Origin: Vermamoeba vermiformis
Lineage: Eukaryota
Assembly: GCA_045837725.1 (NCBI GenBank)
Contig: JBEWZL010000084.1
Coordinates: forward strand, 186,001-250,000
Length of the DNA stretch: 64,000 nucleotides
Direction of reading: 5' to 3'
Numbering within the stretch: the first letter of the stretch is position 1; every line of letters begins with the position of its first letter. The notes under the pieces were generated by a model. That model worked only from the letters and a program-made list of their open reading frames with translations, searched no databases and was not told the DNA's origin. Shown piece after piece: positions 14,312 through 26,445 of the stretch. A program made the translations under genes and the position numbers.

Positions 14312-17300
14312 ATGATTCGGTCTGCGCTAAAGACGATCGGAGTATTGGCACCAAATTCAAGATCCCGATCAGTAGCAGGAAATCAAAACTACCCAAACCG
14401 TTTGTTCGGTAAGCATAACAGCGTATTTTTAATTTTTCAAATTCCATTGTCGGATGTAAACCATTATTTAAACATTTAATTTTAACGTTCGATAGATCTT
14501 CGAAAAAGCCACATAACAAGCGCTCGTGTGCACACACAATTGTTGCCTAAACTCTCAATTGAGAGGTAAGTTAAATCTCAAGCAATTATGAAGGATTCAA
14601 TCGTCTCAATCCGAAATTAGGCAGCTATTGACTGGATCAAAGGCATTCGCCACAAAGCGACGAATCAAGTCAATTGACTCAGAAACTATTACGGGCTTGA
14701 TCGAAGATGTTTGGTCGGTGAGTCAAATCACTGCGTACTACAAAAAAATACGAGGAGATTCCCTCGTCCGCGATAAAAAAGGTATGTGCAACTATTCAAT
14801 TGTGCTGTCAGTCGAATTGCACGCGTTATTGTAAATCTAATTTTCATATTTAGTGAAAGACCTAACTGTTGAGGATGTAATCAGTTGGGGCCGTCAGATG
14901 GGAAGGCTGACAAAACTGGATGAAGCAGAGTTGATCAACAATCATGCAAGTGGCGAATCCTTGCTGAGCCTACGAGAGAATGTAGTTCTATCAAGTACGT
15001 TAAAACACAAGCTAGACCGATTAATGCAGCCAATTAATGAGGGTAAGTAACTGTTGTCCAATACAAATCACAATTTACTTAAATTTCTGTAGGAGTTGCT
15101 TGGCAGCCATTGCCAACAGACTTGACAGACAAAGAAATCAAAAAAAATGTCAGAAAGATTGTCAATCATATTGGTGCAATTATGGAATATTCAAAAGATC
15201 TTGCTTATCAACAGAAACACATTAGTCCACTTATTAAGAGCCCTTTACCCTTGGACTCAGATGGTACAACTTGGTGTCCATACTATTTTGATGATGTTAA
15301 TGAGAATACATCTGTGGATTTCCATGCCCTGAAGGAAGCAATTAAAAGAACCACTAATGCATCAGCACAAAACAAGAAGTTGATTAGCATGGTTCAAAGT
15401 ATGAATGTTACAGTGCCTATGTACATTTTACTAATCATTTTTCAGTGAGTGGTGTTGGTAAAACTCATATGGCAATCACATATGCCAGGAAAGAAGGAGG
15501 AATTTTGATTAATTTCAATGATGGCTACCACAGGCCAATACTTGATCTGGCTTCAAATTTTATTGCTGCCCAACAAAGACTTGTGAAGCCATTAGAACAC
15601 AAAGAAGATGATGAAGAATCTTACAACAAAGAAGTACATTATCGTGACAGAGCTGTGCAAGTCATGAAATTGATTCAGTTGACATTTCTTGAGTTTGCCA
15701 AATATTTCTTTGAAGAAGGTGAGAGATTAAATTTTAATTCTAACACATACTTACAATTTTTAGCTGGTCAGCCAACAAGAATCTTTGCAGCTAAAGAAAA
15801 GCAGACAGCATTTATCAGAGCAACTTTAAGCAGTGCAAAGCCATTGATCTTCAACATGTTTGTTCAAAACTTGAAGTACATCAGCTCAACAGAGGCTTTT
15901 GCAGAATTTGAACTCAAGATGTTTAAAGTTGCACAACGTCACCACCTCAAAACAATATTCTTTGATGAAGCAAACAGAGGTGAATCATATCTAGTAGGAC
16001 ACTTTATTCATCATGCTCCAAAAGAAAACAGAGTTGTTCTGGTGTGTGTTGTTTAACATTTCTTTAAAATTTGTTAAGTTTTTGTAGATGAAGCAGATGA
16101 AAGAAGAGCAAAACCTCACAGCAGCCTCTGGGGATAATGTACTTTTTTCAAGACCAACATCAATTGTTTATTTGCTGGTTCTGGCAATGGAGGACTTGAC
16201 AAAAAGATTTAACTACAGCGTAAGTGAGAATACCAAAATATTCTTTCTTTATTCACATTCTTGACTAGCATGTGATGCTATCAACCTCATGGAAGCTCAG
16301 TAGAATGCTGCCTCCATTGGACGTTCCTCGTGGCCGACTGGGTACTGATGTTGTGATACTTAATGACACAGCAGAGCAAATAGTTGAAAGATTCAAAAAA
16401 GTGGCAGCTAAAGCATTTGGAGACCCAATGGAGAAGCTACTAAATGAGCAAAAGCATATTCTAAAACGTCTTGGTGGACGATCTCTTTACCTATTTAGTC
16501 CCTTTGAAGAGCTAATACCCAAAGGAAAAATGCAACTTGCCAAATTTGTGGATGAGTGGCTGTCAAAAGCTGAGGCTATGGCAATGGAGAAGGCTCAATA
16601 CTATATTGATAATGGAGGAATTCTGACTGGCAACATTGGTGACAAAAACAAACTAGAGTTTCTGGCAGTAAGTTTTTCTATCAGATGATTCAATTGAATC
16701 TAATACAGACATCTACACTTTAGCAATTCAAACAATATGTGGCCCATGTTGCATTGGGCTCAGAGAACACAGAGCTGAGTGCATTAGCCAGCCAGTATCT
16801 TCTGGAAAGCGGACTTGTGAAGTTGAAAAAAAGACATCATGCAAACCCAAATGAGTTTGCTAGCATTGATACCTTGATCAACAAGACAAATAAGGAACCT
16901 GACATGGACTACTATGTTCAATTGCAATTCAAGAAACTGCCATACTCAACTCTCCTTGAGGTAACTAAAACCCTTTATTGGCTTGCTAACCAATTTTAGT
17001 ATTTCAGGCTTGTTTATTCTGCCCATAGAGACAAAGGAGTGATTGGAGAGTACTTTGTAGCTTTAATTCTCAAATGGGCTTCAGAATTAAGGAAAACTCT
17101 TGATGACTTAATTCCGTTTGATGAATTATCAGATACATTCAAGAAGCTGAAATTGGAAGAAAATATTGTTGTGATGCACAAATCAGACTATGACTTTAAG
17201 TTCCAGCACCAAATATTTCAGCCAGGAAACAGTGTTCCATTCAACTTCAAGCCTACCTCCATGCTAGGGCCAGATTTTATTGTACGATTGACCTTTCAAC

Positions 17301-17818
17301 AAAGAATGGTTGGATTTATGGTGATACAAGCCAAGAACTGGAATCACTCTGTTGATGACAAGTTCCTTGAGCAGGCATTACCAGTTCTTAATCCTACAAA
17401 CTTCTACCATGGTGGAAGAAATGTTGCTGCTGCACGAAAAGATTGGAAAGATTCAAACTATGCTAATGTGCTCAACTTTGTTTGGGTGAGAGTAAGTTGA
17501 CTCAATAAAATAATTCCTTCTGACAGTTTTTATGAGGCCATTTATGCACAAGGATTCACACAGAAGATTTGGAGAACTTTGCGCCTTTGGAATTCTTCCC
17601 TAGAAGGGGCAAAATATCCAATACTTCTTCTGACTCCGAAAATTGTGTTGTCATCACCTCTTTTCCAGGAGGTTGAAGGTCAATTTGAAGACTTAGGACT
17701 GGGAAGAACTGCTGGTGCCTTCAAAAATGAAAATCTTGATGAAATATTAACACCTGAAGAAAGACAAGAACTTGAACAAGAACTGCCAAAACTTAGAATT
17801 GATTACAAAATACGCTGA
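14312..17818 (+). CDS. Crinkler-like protein: presequence, SAM-like domain, P-loop NTPase and PD-(D/E)xK nuclease
   Basis: SAM-like LTVEDVISW..GESLLSL, Walker A SGVGKT, Walker B IFFDEA, REase-like GPDFIV..MVIQAKNW. Confidence 0.7.
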
Positions 17819-17850
17819 CTGCATTAGCTTAAATAAATATTGATTGCAAT

Positions 17851-20800
17851 TTACTGTTTAATTGCTGAGTTCCACACGATAACTGTTCGATCAGCGGATC
17901 CACTGCACAACACACCATCAGTTGTGATGCACAAACATGTCACAAACTCGTTGTGTCCTTCATACACGGCAATGCACTCGCCTGTCACAACGTCCCAAGC
18001 TCTAACTGTCCTGTCGTCTGACGCTGAATAGAGCACATTGTCTTTGAACACGAGTGCACTAACACCGCCTGTGTGACCTTTGTAAATAGCGATGCAATTG
18101 CCGTCCTATATAACAATAAATACAAGCATCTAACAAAATAAAATAATCGACCTGTCAATGACAAAAAAGTTACGCGTAATTTGTGCAGGTCGGTGAATGA
18201 CACGTGTCACAAATGAGTGTCAAAAGTACGTACCCTAACGTCCCACGCACGAATGGTGCAATCAGAACTGCCGCTGTACAGCACGTGCTTGGAAGTTGAG
18301 CTATCGACCACACAACACCGCACCCAGTCCTCGTGTCCGTTGTACACTTGTAGCGTACGACCCGTCTACGAACACAATAGGTTAGCACAAATTAGTTTAA
18401 CGTACATGTCCAAATAAGGTTATATGAATGGTGGCACGTACCGCGATTTCAAATGCGCGCAAAGTTTTGTCCTTCGAAGCAGTGTACACGACTGGACCGG
18501 CACACGTGACACACGAGACCCAATCAGAGTGACCTCTAAAGACTATAATGCGGTCACCTGTCTGCGGTTATTGGAAGGTCAGCGCAGTTCACGGGATTGC
18601 CATAAAAGGAAATTATTGTAAGTTACCTCAGGATTCCAAGACCGACACGTGCTGTCATCTGACGCTGAGAAAACAATATTACGATGGAAATAGACGCTAT
18701 TAATAACTCCGTAGTGTCCTTTCATGGTCTGTTTGCACTCCCAAGTCTAAATCCGGATCAACGTTAAAATTGTTTCGTTTCGTACCTCGCGTGCACTTAC
18801 TTTGGTATTCCACACTTGTATAGTTTTATCATGACTAGCTGTGTAGAGAATTTCAGGCAGATCATTTGGCGTGCTGTCGATCTGTTTTGGATCTTTTTCA
18901 GTGTCGGATGTGGTTGCGCCCATCAAGGCTTGCAGCGCGCTCAAATTATTAGATGCACCTGAACTACTCTTGGCCATAATATTCGCGAGTTGTAATAATG
19001 TATCGTTGCTTTCGTTCGCTTGTGGCTTCGTTTCTTCTTTTTGATGGAATTTCATGCCCCAAAATCCGCCGCGCTTGTTTAAGAAGTGCGAGTCTAGTCT
19101 TTTGCCACTCTATTAATATAGGTTAATAAGGTTTGTAACATAATGAAGGATAAACTCACTTCAATGTCCCAGATTCGCAGCGACTTGTCGTATCCGGCTG
19201 ACAATAACAAATTTTTGTGGCTTTCAAGTGCAGTAACGACTTCAACGTGTGCCTATATTAATATAATACTATGAGTGCGTTGATTTGAACGAAAAGTCGA
19301 ACCCGGGGCCCCTGGGTGAAAACCAGAAATGTTAACCGCCTACACCATATCGGATTTTCTTCTTGTTGGACCCAACGATCAAACGCTGGTCTTTCAAATC
19401 GAAGAAAAGCGCATAATATGGTATATATGCGGTAGTAGCTTATGGCATCAAAACTTGACTGGATCTCGGTACTTACGCGCAATACAAACTTGCTCGAGAT
19501 CTTCTGTTCATTTCCAGTACTTTCGATGATTTTAATACTAGGAATAAGCCATAGATTATATAACTCAAATCTATAGTATTAAAGTCAGTCTTAAAGCATC
19601 AGGTAATGACTTTTCGAGTGCGCGTACCGGATCTTCTTTGGCTCTCTTCCAATGATACAATTATTATGTACAATAACAGGCACAACCCCGGCCCTATATA
19701 AAGTTAGTTATCATTAGCCATGTAGTTATTTAACGGATCCGTACCGTTGTGATAGCTTTACATTGAAGTACGCAGTCCCGTTCGGGAACAATACTCGATC
19801 AAGCACTATATAATTCATTTTAGTACTATCAATGTCTTCCATATTATACGGCAATGCAGGCCAGTCAACTGAAGCAGTGTTCTTCTGCCAATAATCGAAT
19901 TTTGAACTCGATCTGATTTTCATTTGATGACATTCTTCTCTGCTGCCTAATCTCTTCACCCTATACTATTCTTAGTATTCGCACAACTAAAATGGACAAA
20001 AATAGAATCTTCAATCTGATTTTCTAGTGAGATCTGCGGATCTTGCTAATTTTATGCGAATCCAAGGGGTGACCCGTACCCAAGAATCAAAAATAGCTTG
20101 CTAAAACAAAAAGAAATACGCTTCCACTTGGGATTGAACCAAGGACCTCTCGATTAACAGTCGAACGCTCTAAACCAACTGAGCTATGGAAGCTTGTTGA
20201 AGAAAACGACGCTCGAGCCGACAGATCCGGTCAAAAAGTAACTTTTTTTCGTGCATTAAGTAGTATTAAATGCCTTTAAATAATTAATAAGGTACTTACA
20301 TTGACGGATCTTGCAGAAATCTGCGCATGGCCATTTGATCATCAACAACGGTATCAACGACCTTTAAACAATTATCGAAGAAATTAATCGTCTTTTCGTT
20401 GCTTCTATAATTATAATAATAGTATTAATAAGGTGCTTATATAAATGTATATGTATATAAATTGCGAGAAGGACTTACTTGGCATAAAAAAATCCGGCAC
20501 AAACATCGTCGTCGTCTGACTGAATTTGCATATCGATACCCTTATGATAATTGAATATAGGGAACGGGTCCTAGTCAAAATATTATTTTAGCGATTTTTC
20601 TAACAATTAAATGTTTAGATGTGGATCTGAAGACTTACTTTTAACCATACAATATCAGTGTCCGTCCAAACGACATGAAATCCTGCTTTTAATACTTGAT
20701 TCACTACCCATGGCTTCTCGTTGCAAATCGCAATAAAGCCAACAGATCCAAAATTATGACTTTCTTCTGTAAATAATTTGTTTTCTTTGTCAACGAGGAA

Positions 20801-21034
20801 TGTGTTGATATTATGTTGCTTTAAGAATGTATATGAAGGCTGGTCTAGCGCGAAGACGATGTAATTATTAATATTGAGCTTTTGAACGGTCAAAAACCAA
20901 TTCAAAGCGAAATCTGTAAATCCATTGTTGCAGAATGTCACTATAATATTATTATCGACTGCAATATTCTTTAAAAATAAATATAGTTCCGTGCCAGTCG
21001 GGCAAAGCGAGGAGGTGTTGTTAACGGTCTCCAT
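17851..21034 (-). CDS. agtA: Cytoplasmic GT77 glycosyltransferase plus WD40 repeats; AgtA-like Skp1 alpha-galactosyltransferase
   Basis: GT77 motifs (ALNW, WTDTDIVW, DDQ, FPNG, IVHNNCIIG..KKIRFELYNLW) splice in frame into WD40 repeats (SAGYDKSLRIWD, SASDDRTVRAWD). No signal peptide. Same architecture as Dictyostelium AgtA. Confidence 0.8.
19295..19354 (-). pseudogene. 3'-truncated tRNA-Glu(TTC) copy in an agtA intron
   Basis: Identical to the first 60 nt of the tRNA at 38245, then diverges after GGTTCGACT; lacks the 3' T-stem and acceptor strand. Confidence 0.85.
20119..20193 (-). tRNA. tRNA-Asn(GTT), intronic in agtA
   Basis: Acceptor stem GCTTCCA/TGGAAGC, anticodon arm TTCGA-CTGTTAA-TCGAG, T-arm GGTTCAATCC, downstream T-runs. 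Confidence 0.95.
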
Positions 21035-21108
21035 CTGGAATAAAAATATTTTTTGTTGAACAAGAGAACACCAAAGGCAAACTCTTTTTTGTATATATTA
21101 TTTATTTA

Positions 21109-23007
21109 ATGTTGAGAGTGCATTCTAGGTCCCTACTCTTAGTCCTAAGTAAGGTGAGTGTCACCAAAAGTTCATCCAAGTCATTCATGAAAATACAAAT
21201 AACGTAAAATATTTTTGAAAATTCACCAGATGCGTATATTAGCGTCTATATGATATCTAATATTTATTAAACAAATAATTCGAATTAATTAATAATTCTG
21301 GAATAATTTCAGCGAGCCCGATCTGCCTCCTGTCCAGCCTTGGTAGTGAAGTCTCGCCGCAAATATACCACACAAAACCCGAAGAGCTATAATGTAGAAG
21401 AGAACGAGCCAACAATAGTACCAACTGAGAAGCTAAGATTCACTGAAGCTCTGGCCCGCAGCGGCAAGAAACACCGCGTCAAAGAAGAAATGACGACGCA
21501 GAGTGCAGTAAACGAATTTTTGCAAGTGACTAAAGAAGACATTAGTGATTGGACGACTAAGGCACAAATGGAACTCGAAGTAGCCTTACCTTCAAAGAAA
21601 AATTGGAAGAACGGCAAACCCGAGCAGATGTCGCAGAAACGAAAAGTTCAAAGCATTACAGAAGCATTGGACGGGTTTCTAAATATAGAACGAAGTCGAG
21701 TCACTAATACTGTATATTTAAACAAGAAGACCCCTGGTGACGATCTATTAGCCGCGAGCGAAAGTACGATCCAGATCTTTATTAAGCTAGTTCGTAATTG
21801 TCTAATATTAACGATACGTTATTATAGGCACAGTGCTTAAAAAGAAGGCAGAACAAGGAAGCCAACAACCGACGCAACAAACCCAAATCCAACCTAAAAT
21901 TTCGAAGAAAGAAGATCTCACTACAAAACTCAAGGACATCAACGACGACCTTATTAACACCGTTAAACAGAAGGATATATTCACTGAAGGCCAACGAGAC
22001 GAGCTAGAAGACGCTATCGATGCCTTATTCAAAGATTCAAAAAAACCAAGCGCGCCGTACACGACGAGACAATACGCGCTAAATTTAGACGAAGAAACAA
22101 AACATGAAATTGAAAAGCATTTGAATAGACCGAGAATATCCTTCGAAGGTGATGAAGAAGATGCACTAGTAGATCATATCAATATTCAAATGGCTAAAAT
22201 GCCGCCAGAGAGTCGATTTACGTTTAGGCCTTCGAGTTGCGTAAGTGAATTCCAAATTAGGAAATATTTTATCAATTTTATTTCTAGAGGCGAAAATTAA
22301 CGAACTTGTTATTGCAACAGGTCCAAGAAGACAAATTTATATTAGCGCTAAAAGTATTGGATAAATGTCGCGAAATAGAACTAACAGCTGATGAGTTACG
22401 CGACATTTACCACGGCGAGCTTGCCCGAGTATTGCCTAAATTGGATAAGCCGATCCCGCCAAACGAGATCTTTACCGACTGCCGAAGGATCCAAAACGCA
22501 GGAATGCCGAAGAAAATGACAGTAGACCTCGTAGTCCAACATTATGTTCAACTGCGCGCCATTGACAGCATTTTGGAGCTGTTTGAAGCGATCAAGACCT
22601 TCCAACTTCAACCTTCGTTCTACACCTTGGCGAGCTCGATCCGGATCTGCGCTGACTTTGGACATAACGCTACTGCTATAGAGAAGATATTCTTCCCTTA
22701 TTTAAAGGATTTAAGCGAGCCTGACTACGTTCAACTATTTCAAGTCGTTACACTGGATGTGCTCAAGAAAAACAACATCATCAAGCCCGACCACGTGCTC
22801 TATCCCTTATATGGCAAGTGGAGTGCCGTTGCATTGAAGCCCGTAGACAGTGCTGAATGGCTTGCTAAGCGAAAACAACGGCTGCTGATCCATTTCGAAC
22901 ATTTTTTGAAGCAACTGAAGCACTACAATTTATTGGTGGACGAACGCACTGAAGACCGAGGGTACGTGCCTGAACAATACCAAGAGCTCGATTATGAACT
23001 GAAGTGA
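21109..23007 (+). CDS. Putative mitochondrial protein with PPR-like helical repeats
   Basis: Spliced N-terminus MLRVHSRSLLLVLSK/RARSASC is Arg/Ser-rich and lacks acidic residues; C-terminal ILELFEAIKTFQLQPSFYTLASSIRICADFG resembles a PPR motif. Confidence 0.55.
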
Positions 23008-23587
23008 GAACACGGCGCTGTGTTAAAATAAACGACAGTAGTTTCGTGTCCCACAATAATTTTTGTTTGGTACATTTACTTAGCATTAAGTCTACACTAT
23101 GAGACATCTAATTCCAGTCGGGCGCACCAATGTAAAGCAGGCTTTCATTGGTGCTCCGTTTTTTTTAGCTTTTGCCGCTTTGATGAAAATTCGCCATGCC
23201 GAGTTATTTTTATTTCAACATTCATAGCACCACAAGGCTTTTTGAAACATAACACTAGAATTAAACAACGTGATTGATATTCAATTGCCCTTCCAAGCGA
23301 TCACAGAGTCCTTATCAACAATTTACGATCTGTTTCATCCAAGGTTCAGAAGTTTCTGTAGCGCAATATTTCCAACTATTATGATATTCAGCCACGTCAT
23401 AGCATCCAGAAGAATTGCAGCGGCACTAGTGCTATTGTTATTTCTGGAATATTCTGCGGATGCACTGGAAGATTGCGATCCAAAAAACATAAAAACGATT
23501 CCTGGACCTACTACTTCATTCAACCTCGACAATTTAAACATAACAACACACAACACACAACTTACTCAACAACAACTTCAACAACAA

Positions 23588-24611
23588 ATGGCTGCCAAGA
23601 TTACCGTTCGCAAATCTGACGCTCGTGGTTACGCCGATCATGGCTGGCTAAAGTCTTATCATACCTTTTCATTTGCAAGCTATTATGATCCAAAATTTGA
23701 GTCATATCGCAATCTGCGTGTCATAAACGAAGATCGAGTGAAACGTAAGTAAATCTGATTTCTAAGCCAATATTTATTCAACACAGCCCGACGGCTGCAA
23801 TTATTTAATTAATATTTTGATTTTTTTTTGCAAATTACTGACAAATTTTATCAGCTACAAAGGGCTTCGGAACACATCCGCACAGAAACTTCGAGATCTT
23901 CTCGTACGTTGTGAGCGGAATACTTGCTCATAAAGACAACATGGGCAACAAAGAGCTTATTAAGCGAGGAGACGTTCAATTCACGAGTGCAGGCACTGGT
24001 ATCACGCACTCAGAGTTCAACGGATCTGACGAGGAATGGGTTCACTTCTTGCAGATCTGGATCCAGCCTAGCGCCACTGGATTGAAGCCTTCATATACGA
24101 CTAAGCATTTCAGCGATGAAGAGAAGAAAAACAAGTTGCGACTCATCGTAGAACCGAACGTAAGTACACGCATTAAAACAAATTATCTTATTTGGGCTTG
24201 AAAAAGCACCAAGTAATCATATTATTTTTATAATACTACACAATATTCATTTTATATCATTATGAAGCTTTTTTGAATTTTTGAAGTTGGATCAAGATCT
24301 GTATTTTACTTGTTCGTGTACTAATTAATCCTTTCATCATTTAGAGCGAAGAAGATTCTATTAAAGTCAATCAAGACAGCAAAGTCTACGCAACAATCTT
24401 AGAGAAGACCAACAAGCTGACGTACAAATTGCCCGAGACTCGTTACGGCTATTTGCACTTGATCCAGACCGGTGCTAATGCTGCGATCAAAGTCAACGGC
24501 GTCGAGTTGAAAGAAGGTGACGGGGCCTTCATTGAGAGCGCTACAGAAGACTTGCAAATTGAAAGCACGGGCCAAGGCAATGCCGAGTTCTTATTGTTCG
24601 ACTTGGCTTAA
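23588..24611 (+). CDS. Pirin family protein (YhhW-like bicupin)
   Basis: [65 protein letters not shown]; three exons. Confidence 0.93.
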
Positions 24612-24830
24612 GAAAATTCGTTCAAAAGTCCGAATTTGTATGTCGAATTAATTGTCCGTTGACTCGCTATTAATAATACCTTGTACTTTATGTTCAATAT
24701 GTACATAATGTAAAATAAATACCAAAAAGTAATTTCAAACGTAAATTGCGTCATTATTTTGAGTCGATAAACGAACGAAGGGATGCATCGTTGGTTCGGT
24801 AGCTGTTATTTACTTATTTACAAGCTATAT

Positions 24831-26009
24831 TTACAACAAAAATCGAAAGAAATTGATTGTTGGATCGTAGAACAAGTACGAGAAAAAATGCAAGCCAAGA
24901 CCAATGAGGAAATATTTTCTCGGCTTGTCTTCCCATGGAAATGCCAGAAAACATAGCGCTATCATTATACCTAGTGAAGGATATACTAAAATAAACGCAA
25001 AACACGCCATCAGTTCCGGGATCGGTCGATCGCGTTTGTTCGCAATAATGTAGTACATTCCTCCGATAGCATAAGCAAATGTCATTAATAGCATTGATTT
25101 TAGGATATATCTGACGCCATAAACTAATATTCCAAAGCAAATTGCCGAAGATAAGCGTACCGGAATGACGGCCCAAATTCCGATCGAGATCTCCATGCTG
25201 ATGAAGGCGAAGAGATTGACGAATATATAAATAGTCATCTGCCATGATACTACATCGTCTTCGGGTATCCATATATTCGTCAGAAAGTTGCCTCTTCTCC
25301 AAGCCAAGATCCAGATCGAGACCAAACTTTCGATAAATAGCAGATGCAGCAATAGAAACCACCAAGCGTAATTATTTCCTCCGAGAAGAACTGTCTTGCG
25401 GTCCATTATTGATAAAAATCTCTTTTTTTGTCTCGTGTATAACAACGTAAACCATTCAGGCTCGAAAATGCACGTTTTTAAGTACTTGATCGGCTCGAAC
25501 GGATCGCTTGTTCCACTGTGCCATATTTGCCACGAAGGTAGTGTTGATATATTTGTATTAGGAAAATCACCGATGTCACGCGCAGCTACTGGATCTGGTC
25601 GTCTCGGCCGGTGAGGTCGAAAACTACCAGGTTGGTTGAAAAATACGGCCAGTCTGCGCCGCAATAAATAGCTCATTTGCTTTGGAGCTATTTTTAACAC
25701 GCCTTGCCAATTTTGTATTACTTCTTCTATTTTAGCTAGCTTGTCTTGATCTTCGTCAGCGTAGGATCGGATTCGATTTATCCATTCATAAGCCAGATCT
25801 TGTTCAATCACTTTCTTCCACTGCTTGCATACTTCAGTACACCGAAGAGCTGTTAGTTGTTTGCCGTCTTCTTTGATGTAGAACGTGTATCTTAAGATTT
25901 CTGTCACAATCTCGGTGGGGAGCTGGGGATGCGTTTCAATTTTGTTTTTGGCATATTTATTTCGCCTATTAAAATAATTATATATTAATGACGCTAGTAG
26001 GGTGATCAT
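24831..26009 (-). CDS. Intronless F-box-like protein with multiple C-terminal TM helices
   Basis: 392-aa ORF; LPTEIVTEILRY...VCKQWKKV F-box pattern; several hydrophobic segments in the C-terminal half. Confidence 0.65.
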   Translation of the reverse strand: MITLLASLIYNYFNRRNKYAKNKIETHPQLPTEIVTEILRYTFYIKEDGKQLTALRCTEVCKQWKKVIEQDLAYEWINRIRSYADEDQDKLAKIEEVIQNWQGVLKIAPKQMSYLLRRRLAVFFNQPGSFRPHRPRRPDPVAARDIGDFPNTNISTLPSWQIWHSGTSDPFEPIKYLKTCIFEPEWFTLLYTRQKKRFLSIMDRKTVLLGGNNYAWWFLLLHLLFIESLVSIWILAWRRGNFLTNIWIPEDDVVSWQMTIYIFVNLFAFISMEISIGIWAVIPVRLSSAICFGILVYGVRYILKSMLLMTFAYAIGGMYYIIANKRDRPIPELMACFAFILVYPSLGIMIALCFLAFPWEDKPRKYFLIGLGLHFFSYLFYDPTINFFRFLL

Positions 26010-26445
26010 TTAGGTCCTAAGAAATCGAAAATCTTTTTTAAATTATTCGTATTATAATTTTAGTCTTTTACGTGTCAAATATAAGATATTTATTTATGAT
26101 TAGCTGATTAATTACTAATATATTTACCTTTTAAGCCACCGGAAGAAAACAAAGAGCTCGATCAAGAAAAAAATAAGTAATAGCAGCATTTTATTTTCTT
26201 AGCTTGCCGCATTGATCTATTTAGTTCAAACTTGATTAATCAAATTAATCGCAGTGTTTTTTGTTCCACGTTTGTGCTATTCATTGAAAAATAAACATCG
26301 TTTAAGCCCGAAACGCAATTTTCTGGCTCCCGTTCAAAAAAACGGTCTTCCCTGCATTTTTTGGGCGTTCGGTTTGTTGGGCGTTCAGTGAAAAACAATT
26401 TATAATTTAGCGGCGGATCATTTCTCAATTTGTAAAGGCACGGGA

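Noticed and set aside
24814-25365. 183-aa alternative-frame ORF overlapping the F-box gene
   Set aside because: Same-strand off-frame ORF with a non-ATG start and no motifs.
5232-26009. Ubiquitin-system cluster (COMMD9, RMND5, agtA, F-box)
   Set aside because: Interspersed with unrelated genes; chance proximity is sufficient without synteny evidence.
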